Positions 36,918 to 44,711 of a DNA stretch of 52,325 nucleotides are shown one piece after another. A program made the position numbers and the translations under genes. Each line of letters starts with the position of its first letter. Position 1 is the stretch's first letter. Below the pieces are notes generated by a model. It was not told where the DNA came from, made no database searches, and saw nothing but the letters and a program-made list of their open reading frames with translations. The stretch is from the IMG/VR virus record IMGVR_UViG_3300048597_000307, positions 1 to 52,325 of that record; one strand, written 5' to 3'. Origin of the DNA: a virus. Lineage: Duplodnaviria; Caudoviricetes.

Positions 36918-37370
36918 CTACCATTCGGTAGCGACCTCGATATGGTCTATGTCCCAGCCGCGCGCCTTTAGGGCATCCCGCACCGGCACAATCAACCGAT
37001 CCTCCCCTGGGGACGCCTCCTCGATAACCACCCGCAGCCAGGTGTTGCCGTCAGAGTCGAATACGCGGGCAACCTCCCGCGCGCCCAGGTCTGCCCAGTT
37101 GACCGCGCCGCCGATCTGGTTGGGGTCGAGGGCTTGGCAAATGTCGTCAACATCTCTCTTCAGCCGGTGCAACTCGGAGATGTCCACTGACACGGCTACC
37201 TGCAGGCCGTTGACAGCACTCACGATGTGCTGAGCAAGCGCGCCGTTGAGGATGCGCTCTGCTACATAGTTGTCGTTGGCGGCGCGGATGTGATAGTTGT
37301 AGCCGCGCGCACGCCAACGGTTGGTGGTTGTCACCCGCCACGGGCGGGGATAGTCTGCGAGTTCGCTCAC
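36918..37370 (-). CDS. Hypothetical protein
   Basis: GGAGGAG RBS; GTGA overlap. Confidence 0.6.
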   Translation of the reverse strand: MSELADYPRPWRVTTTNRWRARGYNYHIRAANDNYVAERILNGALAQHIVSAVNGLQVAVSVDISELHRLKRDVDDICQALDPNQIGGAVNWADLGAREVARVFDSDGNTWLRVVIEEASPGEDRLIVPVRDALKARGWDIDHIEVATEW

Positions 37371-37771
37371 GGCTGCTCCTCCCTATCCCCGCCGGCGAGC
37401 CAGGCATGGAACGGCATAGCCTCGATACGGATGGCCTTGCTGGCAATCACGTAGTTAACGTACCCGTCAATCACCATGTCCGGTATGTCCGCCTGCCGTC
37501 TTGCGGCGGCGAGCTCAAGCTTGAGGTTCACAATCTCATGCGCCAACTCACTGCTCTCGGCGGCCGCCTGGCGTTGACAGTGACAAACCAGCCAGTCGGC
37601 AATAGCACCTAGATCGTGCAATGTCTCTGTGATTGCCTCTAAGATCGGTCCAGAGCCTGGCATTTGCAGATTAGCTAATTTGTCTCCTGCCACTCCAACG
37701 GTGACAGTAGCCGTAGCTATCAATGCCCCGGCCTTCTCAAGTTCAGTCAGTTGCTTATCTACTTCGCTCAT
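37367..37771 (-). CDS. Hypothetical protein
   Basis: AGGAG RBS before MSEVDKQ; 5' half is lower GC. Confidence 0.5.
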   Translation of the reverse strand: MSEVDKQLTELEKAGALIATATVTVGVAGDKLANLQMPGSGPILEAITETLHDLGAIADWLVCHCQRQAAAESSELAHEIVNLKLELAAARRQADIPDMVIDGYVNYVIASKAIRIEAMPFHAWLAGGDREEQP

Positions 37772-37856
37772 CTCATGACTCCTAGTATCAATAACGGCGA
37801 TTATCATTACTGCGGCATCGTCCGAGTGATGATGCCGTTTATATTCGGAAATATTC

Positions 37857-38510
37857 TCACACTGTCTCAATGAGATATTCCCCTAGATACTCAGTGTATG
37901 CGGGGGGGATAGCTTCCGCTAGCTCCTTAGCACTCATCCAACTAATCCCCATTGCCTCCCGCCAGTCGATGACGTTGAACATGGGGACGCCCTGCCTGGT
38001 TGACTTTCCTCCCGTGTGTCCCCATACGCCAACAACACGCCCTTTCGTGTGTTCGCATGAAGGTGTCAACACAAACGGCATGGATGTCTCGAAATAGCGG
38101 TGGCGGCGCAGTTGTGCCCCGCACTTGGTTTGTCTCCTGAACATAGTCCCGCAAAGCATGATCGGATTGATTAGATGTAGGCGCGAACCGCTTACGTTCT
38201 CAATCACATATGGTTTGCCTGTGGCAATCAATAGCTGCCGCACTTCTGGAATTAGAAGAGGATGCTCCCGATCCTTCCATAACCCTTTCGTTAATTCGCT
38301 GTACCCCTGGCAAGGCGGGGAAGCGTGGATGGCGTCAAACTCATGCCCATGTGCTGCTACGTATTCCAAGGCGTCTGCCTGGTGGAACTCAAAGGGATAC
38401 CGGGGCTGTGGAAGAATGTCCACCCCTACCACGTCAAAGCCTGCACGGTGGTATCCCATTCCTGCGCCGCCTGCCCCTGAAAATAAATCTAACAGTCTAG
38501 GCTTGGTCAT
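37857..38510 (-). CDS. Short C5-cytosine DNA methyltransferase
   Basis: DLFSGAGG, ASPPCQ, IENV, RHRYFE, EAIPPAY; lower GC. Confidence 0.9.
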   Translation of the reverse strand: MTKPRLLDLFSGAGGAGMGYHRAGFDVVGVDILPQPRYPFEFHQADALEYVAAHGHEFDAIHASPPCQGYSELTKGLWKDREHPLLIPEVRQLLIATGKPYVIENVSGSRLHLINPIMLCGTMFRRQTKCGAQLRRHRYFETSMPFVLTPSCEHTKGRVVGVWGHTGGKSTRQGVPMFNVIDWREAMGISWMSAKELAEAIPPAYTEYLGEYLIETV

Positions 38511-38537
38511 CTCTATATCTCCGCGTATATCTGTTAT

Positions 38538-38864
38538 TCAACGCCGAACTATCGTACCCGTCGCACCATCCACCAGCGCCGCCTGCCCCGGCCGCGCCCC
38601 ATGCACCACGCGCACCGAACGGGCAGCGCGGTCTATCTGCGCCTGCTCCCAATCGGTAATCACGCACTGCGCTGCCAACCGCCGGATTTCCTGCGGCGTC
38701 AGCTCCGGCTCCGGCGCCTGCTGGCCCTCAACGCTCAGGGCAACCGTGATATGGATCTGCGGCTGCTGCGGGCCGAGCATGGCCCGCACGAAGAACACAA
38801 ACAGCGTCAGCAGAATCAGCATCACGGCAAACAACGCCCCCCAGTCCCCGACGTTACTGGTCAC
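38538..38864 (-). CDS. Single-TM hypothetical protein
   Basis: GAGGT RBS; hydrophobic N-terminus. Confidence 0.5.
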   Translation of the reverse strand: MTSNVGDWGALFAVMLILLTLFVFFVRAMLGPQQPQIHITVALSVEGQQAPEPELTPQEIRRLAAQCVITDWEQAQIDRAARSVRVVHGARPGQAALVDGATGTIVRR

Positions 38865-38920
38865 GACTGCACCTCGCTCTCTTGCGCACATGGCGCCGGG
38901 CTTATGCTACAATAAGCAGC

Positions 38921-39151
38921 ATGTGCACCGTCCCCTACATCTGCCGCCGGTGCGGGCAGACGCTCGGTCATGTCAAAGATGGCGTGCTCGTCCTCAACGG
39001 TGAGGACGCCATCGAAGTCGGCAAGGCCGCCGTCATTACCTGCCCGGCTTGTGAAGCAAAGAGGCGCTGGTATGACATTCGCAGACATCACCCCCGAAAA
39101 GCGGGCGGCCATCCTGCGCCGCATCCGCAACGTGCAAGCGCAAATCGTTAG
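38921..39151 (+). CDS. Zinc-ribbon protein (Com-like spacing), possibly leaderless
   Basis: CRRC...CPAC; TACAAT at 38908-38913 ends 7 nt before the ATG. Confidence 0.6.
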   Translation: MCTVPYICRRCGQTLGHVKDGVLVLNGEDAIEVGKAAVITCPACEAKRRWYDIRRHHPRKAGGHPAPHPQRASANR

Positions 39152-39263
39152 CGCCGCCGTCGCCGAGGGCCTGTTGAGCCCGGAGGACGCCGAAGCCGAG
39201 CGCCAGCGGCTGCTCACGGCCGGCTCACCCGCCCGGGCTGCAGCGGAGGTCAAACCGCTATGA
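39072..39263 (+). CDS. Hypothetical protein
   Basis: GAGG RBS; ATGA overlap with next gene. Confidence 0.5.
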   Translation: MTFADITPEKRAAILRRIRNVQAQIVSAAVAEGLLSPEDAEAERQRLLTAGSPARAAAEVKPL

Positions 39264-39664
39264 GACGCCCGCTGCTGGTCCCCATCCTGGCCATCCTGCT
39301 CCTGCTCGCCGTGGCCGTCCCGGCGCAAGCCGTGGACCTGTCCGGCTACCGACGCCCGCCATTGCCGCAGCGCGTCACCGTCCCGGAGGGTGCGCACCTG
39401 GTGCGCTACGTGGTCAACACCAGTCGCGGCGGTACGCTCACCTACATGGTAGGCGGCGCCACCTCGCAGCGGGACGCTGACCCCGGCGAGCGGTATGTGC
39501 TGTTTGCCGCCTACCCCGGCGATTTCCTCTATATGTCCGTCCAGAACGCCGGCGACCGGGGCGAGGTGTCCTGCGCCATCTACGTAGACCGGCAGCTTGT
39601 GCAGCAGGCGGAGAGTGACGCCGCCTATGGGATTGCGAGCTGCCAGGCGCAGACGCCGAACTGA
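39260..39664 (+). CDS. Secreted MmpS-like small protein
   Basis: Signal peptide ending AQA; SVQN..VSCAIYVD..ASC. Confidence 0.65.
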   Translation: MRRPLLVPILAILLLLAVAVPAQAVDLSGYRRPPLPQRVTVPEGAHLVRYVVNTSRGGTLTYMVGGATSQRDADPGERYVLFAAYPGDFLYMSVQNAGDRGEVSCAIYVDRQLVQQAESDAAYGIASCQAQTPN

Positions 39665-39683
39665 CTGCGAATATTCGCAGTCA
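39662..39683. repeat. Dispersed palindrome copy 4 (perfect 22-bp TGACTGCGAATATTCGCAGTCA)
   Basis: Read directly; lies between convergent genes. Confidence 0.92.
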
Positions 39684-39684
39684 A

Positions 39685-40002
39685 TCACTGGCAGGACGGC
39701 GCCGGCGACCATCGCCCCGCGCCATCCTGCACCTGCTGCGCACCGCAGTTCTTGCAGCGGCGCGTGCCATCCGGCTCGACCGGCCCCCAGCGATGCCGCA
39801 CGATGCGCTGCCCGGTCGGCCGGCCGCCCGTGCTCGCCACTGCGGCCAGCTTGCGCACGTCGGCGGCAGAGAACGCCCAGTACGTCCCCACCCGCTGCCC
39901 GATAGGCTTGCCGCTGCGCTCGTAGCGCAGGGCAAGCGCGCGCACCGTTTTGGGTGATTTTCCGGTCATCTGCGCTGCTTGGGTCACGCTGTACATTTTC
40001 AT
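39685..40002 (-). CDS. Excisionase/MerR-like HTH protein with C-terminal Zn motif
   Basis: MYSVTQAAQMTGKSPKTVR..GTYWAF; H..CKNCG..C. Confidence 0.65.
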   Translation of the reverse strand: MKMYSVTQAAQMTGKSPKTVRALALRYERSGKPIGQRVGTYWAFSAADVRKLAAVASTGGRPTGQRIVRHRWGPVEPDGTRRCKNCGAQQVQDGAGRWSPAPSCQ

Positions 40003-40084
40003 GCTCCCTATTGTACATCTGTCCTCCTCGTAACTGCCGCAAAAACGGGGCGGCCTGTGCGACCGCCCCACCGTGCCGGCGTGC

Positions 40085-40594
40085 CTACTTGCTGGCCCGG
40101 GCGACCTTCGTCGTCTGCGGGTCGGCCCAGCCCTGCTCTTTCAGGTTCTGCGCCCACATCCTCACAAACGGCCCCATGTCCCGTTGGAAGCGGACGTTGA
40201 TGAGGGTGCGGCTGCCCTGGCGGTGGTATTTCGCCCGGTAGCTGCCCAGCGGATGCTGCGTGATTTCCGTCGGCTCCCAGGCGTCGGCGGTGAAGACGAC
40301 TTCCGGGTCCATCATCACATCACCCTCCTGGACGAAATAATGCATCACGGCGACGGCCGGCACCACACCCCCAGCGCCGAGCGTCGTCACCCGTTCAATC
40401 ACCAACGGCATATAGTTCGCCTTCGTCAGCTTGACGGATGTCACCTCGCCCTTCTGCCACTTCTCCCACAACCCGTGGGCCTTCAGGATGCCTTCAATCC
40501 GTACCTGCATGATGGGCCGTTTGGCGGCCGTGGTGGCCGTGGTCTGCGCGTCGGTCTGGTGGCCGGTCTGGACTGTCTGTGTGCTGCCGTTCAT
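40085..40594 (-). CDS. Conserved hypothetical mobile-element protein (DUF6908-like)
   Basis: YMPLVIE, HYFVQEGDVMMDPEV, WAQNLKEQG. Confidence 0.65.
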   Translation of the reverse strand: MNGSTQTVQTGHQTDAQTTATTAAKRPIMQVRIEGILKAHGLWEKWQKGEVTSVKLTKANYMPLVIERVTTLGAGGVVPAVAVMHYFVQEGDVMMDPEVVFTADAWEPTEITQHPLGSYRAKYHRQGSRTLINVRFQRDMGPFVRMWAQNLKEQGWADPQTTKVARASK

Positions 40595-40641
40595 GGTTTG
40601 TTCCCTTTCGTCTTGCGCTAAATTTCTTGCCTGCTGAAAAC

Positions 40642-40737
40642 ATTAGCATGTTTGGCTATGTTTGTCTAGTGCCTGAACCTTAAAATTTCAGTCTCTTTGA
40701 AATTTTGTATTGACAAACATAGCCAAGTGTGCTAATC
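40642..40737. promoter_or_regulatory. Twin divergent promoters forming an inverted repeat, with a central operator
   Basis: GACAAACATAGCCAA-nnn-TGCTAAT on both strands; TTTCAGTCTCTTTGAAA at 40686-40702. Confidence 0.75.
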
Positions 40738-40782
40738 TGTTGTCAACGGCAAGCAAAACCCTAGTTGCACAGGAGACGACAG

Positions 40783-41571
40783 ATGACAAGCCAGTTGACC
40801 TCTCAGAATATCCGGTTCGGTGTCGAAATTGAATGCCTCATTCCGTCGGCTTACTCCGACATCTTCGTCCCTGGTGGCTATCACAACGGCAACCCCTTGT
40901 TGGGCGAGGGGCTCACCGGTTGGAACTGCCAGCATGACGGCAGCATCCGAACGGAAACCGGCTACGTAGGTGTCGAAGTTGTCTCCGGTGTCCTCTCCGG
41001 TGAAGACGGTCTGGTGCAGGTGGTGGCCGTGTTTGACCAGCTCAAGGCCATGGGTGCCAAGGTCAACGATTCCACCGGTCTGCATGTCCACATCGACGGC
41101 CGGCATATCCCCGACAGCCGGATTGCCGAACTGGTAGCCAACTATCGGGCCTACGAACGTCTGCTGTACGGGGTAAACGGCAAGAAGGCTGTCACCCGTT
41201 GGAACAACAGCACATACTGCAAGCCCTCTCACCTGTGGGGCACTGAGGGGTCAGCTTCGGTTGACCGGTATCGCGGCTTGAATCTGAAAAACTACTACAA
41301 CTACACCCAAAAGAAGACCGTCGAATTTCGCATGTTCGCCGGTACGTTGGATGCCGAAGTAGTTGTCGGGATTCTCTACATCCTCACCGGTCTGGTAGTT
41401 CGGACCCTCAACGACGGCACGTTTGCCGAGGATGCCGGACAGACGGCTGCACAGCAATTTCGCTCCTTCGGTGAGATGTTCCGGGGCACCCAGTATCGAA
41501 TTATCCCGGATGCACCGGTTTGGGACGTGTTGCTCCCTCTTGGCAAGTTGACCAAAAAGGCCAACATCTAA
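40783..41571 (+). CDS. Putative amidoligase (COOH-NH2 ligase type 2)
   Basis: FGVEIE, HDGSI, EVVS, STGLHVH, RYRGLNL, TVEFR. Confidence 0.9.
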   Translation: MTSQLTSQNIRFGVEIECLIPSAYSDIFVPGGYHNGNPLLGEGLTGWNCQHDGSIRTETGYVGVEVVSGVLSGEDGLVQVVAVFDQLKAMGAKVNDSTGLHVHIDGRHIPDSRIAELVANYRAYERLLYGVNGKKAVTRWNNSTYCKPSHLWGTEGSASVDRYRGLNLKNYYNYTQKKTVEFRMFAGTLDAEVVVGILYILTGLVVRTLNDGTFAEDAGQTAAQQFRSFGEMFRGTQYRIIPDAPVWDVLLPLGKLTKKANI

Positions 41572-41747
41572 GGCAACAGGGGCAAGACAAGGGACCGGAT
41601 ACTCAATCCGGTCTCTTGGTTAAAAGCCCCTAGAACGGCCTGGAACGGTTCAGACGGGCAAAACGGCAAATGTACTTTCAGCATTGCACAAACAAACGTC
41701 GGCCATCCTGTACAGCCAGTGAGCCGAATTTCAATGAAGGTGAAATC

Positions 41748-42359
41748 ATGATTGCACTCACACACCGGGGCACAGGGACCGACATCGTGGCCGGTATCGT
41801 CTCGGAACTCGGGGGCAAGCTGCAAACGGTCTCCGACAAACACACGGCCTACACTGCGCGGATGGACCGGCTGCTGCTGCTCGGGGGTGCCGACGTAAGC
41901 CCCTTTTTCTATGGTGAGCCGATTATTGATGCTCAACCCCCAGACCGCGACCGTGACGTCGTTGAATGGATTCTCGTTCGCCGTGCCATCACGGAACGGG
42001 TCCCCATCCTGGGTATCTGCCGGGGGCACCAGATGCTCGCCGTCGCCCACGGGGGCACGTTGTGGCAGGACATTGTCAACGGCCCCGGGGCCTACGAGCA
42101 TGGCACCTATCACAAGCTGAACCAGGTGCATAGCAAGCTGGCCGGTCGGTTGCCCACGCGAACGGTCAACAGCCTGCATCACCAGGCTGTGCGCGTGGTG
42201 CCGTTCGGTTTCGATGTGGCAGCACGCTCGCCCGACGGCATTATCGAATCGGTCTATCGCCCGGGCGCGCTGGGGGTTCAGTGGCACCCGGAGCTGCTCT
42301 ATCCGCGAGACCGCAAGTGGTTGGGGCTCTTTCAGTGGTGGTGGGACGGTCTCAAATGA
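41748..42359 (+). CDS. Peptidase C26 / class I glutamine amidotransferase (PuuD-like)
   Basis: GGADV, LGICRGHQ, VNSLHHQAV, GVQWHPE. Confidence 0.92.
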   Translation: MIALTHRGTGTDIVAGIVSELGGKLQTVSDKHTAYTARMDRLLLLGGADVSPFFYGEPIIDAQPPDRDRDVVEWILVRRAITERVPILGICRGHQMLAVAHGGTLWQDIVNGPGAYEHGTYHKLNQVHSKLAGRLPTRTVNSLHHQAVRVVPFGFDVAARSPDGIIESVYRPGALGVQWHPELLYPRDRKWLGLFQWWWDGLK

Positions 42360-42390
42360 CCGTCCCCCAAAACTCGTAAGGGGGGGTTAC

Positions 42391-42420
42391 TTGCAACCGC
42401 TAGAACAAAAGTGCTATCCT
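42391..42420 (+). promoter_or_regulatory. Promoter with LexA-like box
   Basis: TTGCAA-18-TATCCT; TAGAACAAAAGTGCTA at 42401-42416. Confidence 0.6.
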
Positions 42421-42479
42421 GTCTGCACATCGCATTGCCATCTTCGCAGTCAACATCTAACAGCGAACGGTAAGAGGTC

Positions 42480-42692
42480 ATGAACGAAGAAACCATTGCC
42501 CTCATGGGAGAGCTGGTCGAGTTGCCGCACCTATGGGGCGTCCAGCACTTGCCGGAAGATTGCCCGCTAGGCCCCACCGGCTATCTGGTCAACATTGGGT
42601 ATGAGCACTTCTGGGCCGCCGACCTGCCGTCGGCGCTCCGGCGGGCGCTCGCATTCGCCAAAGGAGAGAAGGATGCAATTCGCCGACAGTGA
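42480..42692 (+). CDS. Small hypothetical protein (antirepressor candidate)
   Basis: AAGAGG RBS; first gene after the LexA-like box. Confidence 0.55.
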   Translation: MNEETIALMGELVELPHLWGVQHLPEDCPLGPTGYLVNIGYEHFWAADLPSALRRALAFAKGEKDAIRRQ

Positions 42693-43416
42693 CGAGCTGT
42701 GCGCGTACATCCGGCAGCAAACGGACACCGTCTTGCTCAGCTTCAGCCGGGGCAAGGACAGCATCGCCGCCTACGTCAAGCTGCGCCGGCACGGCTTCCG
42801 CATCGTGCCCGTGCACTATCACCTAGTGCCGCACCTCTCGTTTATCGACGAGAGCCTGGCCTACTACGAACGCATCTTCGGGACCAAGATTTACGACCTG
42901 CCGGCGCCAGGGCTGTACGGCATGTGGAATGAGTTCGTCTACCAGCCGCCCGAACGGCTGCGCCACATCGAACGTCTGAACCTGGAAACTTACACCTATG
43001 ACCAGCTTTTTGCCATCGTGAAGCTGGCCGTCGGGCTCCCGCTCGACACTTACACCGCCGTCGGCGTGACCATGAACGACAGCCTGAACCGGCGCGCGAC
43101 CATCAACAAGCATGGCCCCGTCAACCAGGGCCGGAAGCAGTTCTTTCCCATCTACGACTACAACCGCAGCCGCATCATCTCGGAGGTGCGGGAGAGCGGC
43201 ATCTCGCTGCCGAAGGATTACCGGATGTTCGGACGCAGCTTTGACGGCATCGACCACCGCTTTCTGGCCCCCATCCGGGAGCATTACCCGGAGGATTACG
43301 CCCGCATTCTTGAATACTTCCCGCTCGCCGGTCTGGAACTGGACCGCATGGCCTATCGACAGGCGTACTACGCCGCAAAAGGATTGATTCATGAGCCTCA
43401 ACTTGACCTTGAATGA
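42673..43416 (+). CDS. PP-loop (PAPS reductase-like) protein
   Basis: LSFSRGKDS, GVTMNDSLNRR, FPIYDY, DYRMFGRSFDG. Confidence 0.8.
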   Translation: MQFADSDELCAYIRQQTDTVLLSFSRGKDSIAAYVKLRRHGFRIVPVHYHLVPHLSFIDESLAYYERIFGTKIYDLPAPGLYGMWNEFVYQPPERLRHIERLNLETYTYDQLFAIVKLAVGLPLDTYTAVGVTMNDSLNRRATINKHGPVNQGRKQFFPIYDYNRSRIISEVRESGISLPKDYRMFGRSFDGIDHRFLAPIREHYPEDYARILEYFPLAGLELDRMAYRQAYYAAKGLIHEPQLDLE

Positions 43417-43840
43417 CGACGACAGCAGCCTGAGCCTGGACGGCGACAACCCGCCGGCCGTCCAGTTGGAAACGGAAGCCTGGCAAGTCTCGCCGGACGT
43501 CGCCTTTGCCGATGTGGACATCGAGGATACGGCCGAGGCTGAAATCTCGGAAGCCTTGCAGCAGTTTAAGCAGAAGGCGACGCGCGAAGAGCAGCGCATG
43601 CTCGACGCCACCGACAGCGAGTTCTGGGTTGCCCTGTGCTTCCAGAACCGGGCGCAGAAGGAGGAGTTTCTCCGCCGGCTTGACATTCTGGACCTGGGCG
43701 ACAAGTACCTGGACGGCATGGCCGTCGCCAACCGTCTGGCCATCGACCTCGAAACGACCTTCGAGGGTATGCCCATCCGCACCATCGACAGCAAGCTGAC
43801 CGGCATGGCGCCGGACCTTGACGAGCCCTATCCCGTCTGA
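43391..43840 (+). CDS. Acidic partner protein of the PP-loop gene
   Basis: Overlapping start; D/E-rich; SEFWVALCFQNR..GDKYLDG. Confidence 0.7.
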   Translation: MSLNLTLNDDDSSLSLDGDNPPAVQLETEAWQVSPDVAFADVDIEDTAEAEISEALQQFKQKATREEQRMLDATDSEFWVALCFQNRAQKEEFLRRLDILDLGDKYLDGMAVANRLAIDLETTFEGMPIRTIDSKLTGMAPDLDEPYPV

Positions 43841-43868
43841 TAGGCTGTAGATGGGTATGGGCTACCTG

Positions 43869-43914
43869 GCAAGAGGGGTGCACTGCGGCGGATAGTGCCC
43901 CCTCTTGCTTTTTT
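43869..43914 (+). terminator. Intrinsic terminator
   Basis: GCAAGAGGGG...CCCCTCTTGC then T6. Confidence 0.75.
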
Positions 43915-43959
43915 GCTTGCGGCGGGCTTACAATAAGGGTATATCGCTGTTGGGGAGAT

Positions 43960-43995
43960 GAGCGCCACCGTCTATTCGGGGCGCTCTTTTTGTTT
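43960..43995 (+). terminator. Leader terminator upstream of the packaging operon
   Basis: GAGCGCC...GGCGCTC then TTTTTGTTT, downstream of TACAAT at 43929-43934. Confidence 0.65.
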
Positions 43996-44012
43996 CCCAG
44001 GAGGGATATCAC

Positions 44013-44168
44013 ATGAACGGTCTCATGAGTCGTCTGCGCAACAGCGCCGTCGGGCGCGGCATTGCCGGGGTAGGGAATCGCGTGCGCGGCGCTATCAGCC
44101 GCATGCGTGGCGGCGGCGGACGGCGTGCCGGCGGCGGCAGCACTACCAACAGCCCGCGCGGCCGGTAA
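44013..44168 (+). CDS. 51-aa Arg/Gly-rich basic peptide (absent from ORF track)
   Basis: AGGAGG RBS; MNGLMSRLRNSAVGRGIAGVGNRVRGAISRMRGGGGRRAGGGSTTNSPRGR; TAATAG. Confidence 0.7.
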   Translation: MNGLMSRLRNSAVGRGIAGVGNRVRGAISRMRGGGGRRAGGGSTTNSPRGR

Positions 44169-44213
44169 TAGGAGCAGTGGGGAGGTCCCTCTCCCCACTA
44201 TTAGCAATCCAAC

Positions 44214-44711
44214 ATGACCGAAGCAGCTACTAGCGCCAGGCGCATCGCCGTCAAAGAGCGTCGCGCCCTGGCCCTGGACCTGCGCAAGCAGGGCGGGACC
44301 TACCGCAAGATTGCCGACATCCTGCGCAAGCAGCCGGGCGTCAGTCCCAAATACGACTTTTCCCAGGCGTATGAGGACGTCAAAGCGGAGCTCGACCGGC
44401 TCAACGCTGAGAACGCCGAGAGCGCCGAGGAGCTGCGCCGGTTGCAGGCGGAGCAGCTCACGGAACTGTACAGCAAGTATTACGCCGCGGCGGCCAAGGG
44501 CGACATCGGGGCGCTGGACCGTATCTTGTCCATCATGGACCGCCTTGCCAAACTCTATGGCCTCTACACCAACACCGTCAACGTGGCAGGCGAGGTGAAG
44601 CAATCCGGGACGCTCACCCATGCCGGCAGCGTAGACGTCCAGCATATCGTGCCGCAGGTGCGCATCTTCATCCCGGACAATGGCAGAGGCGACAGCACCA
44701 TCAGCGATTGA
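44214..44711 (+). CDS. Terminase small subunit-like
   Basis: ALDLRKQGGTYRKIA HTH; DRLAKLYGL; directly upstream of large terminase. Confidence 0.75.
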   Translation: MTEAATSARRIAVKERRALALDLRKQGGTYRKIADILRKQPGVSPKYDFSQAYEDVKAELDRLNAENAESAEELRRLQAEQLTELYSKYYAAAAKGDIGALDRILSIMDRLAKLYGLYTNTVNVAGEVKQSGTLTHAGSVDVQHIVPQVRIFIPDNGRGDSTISD

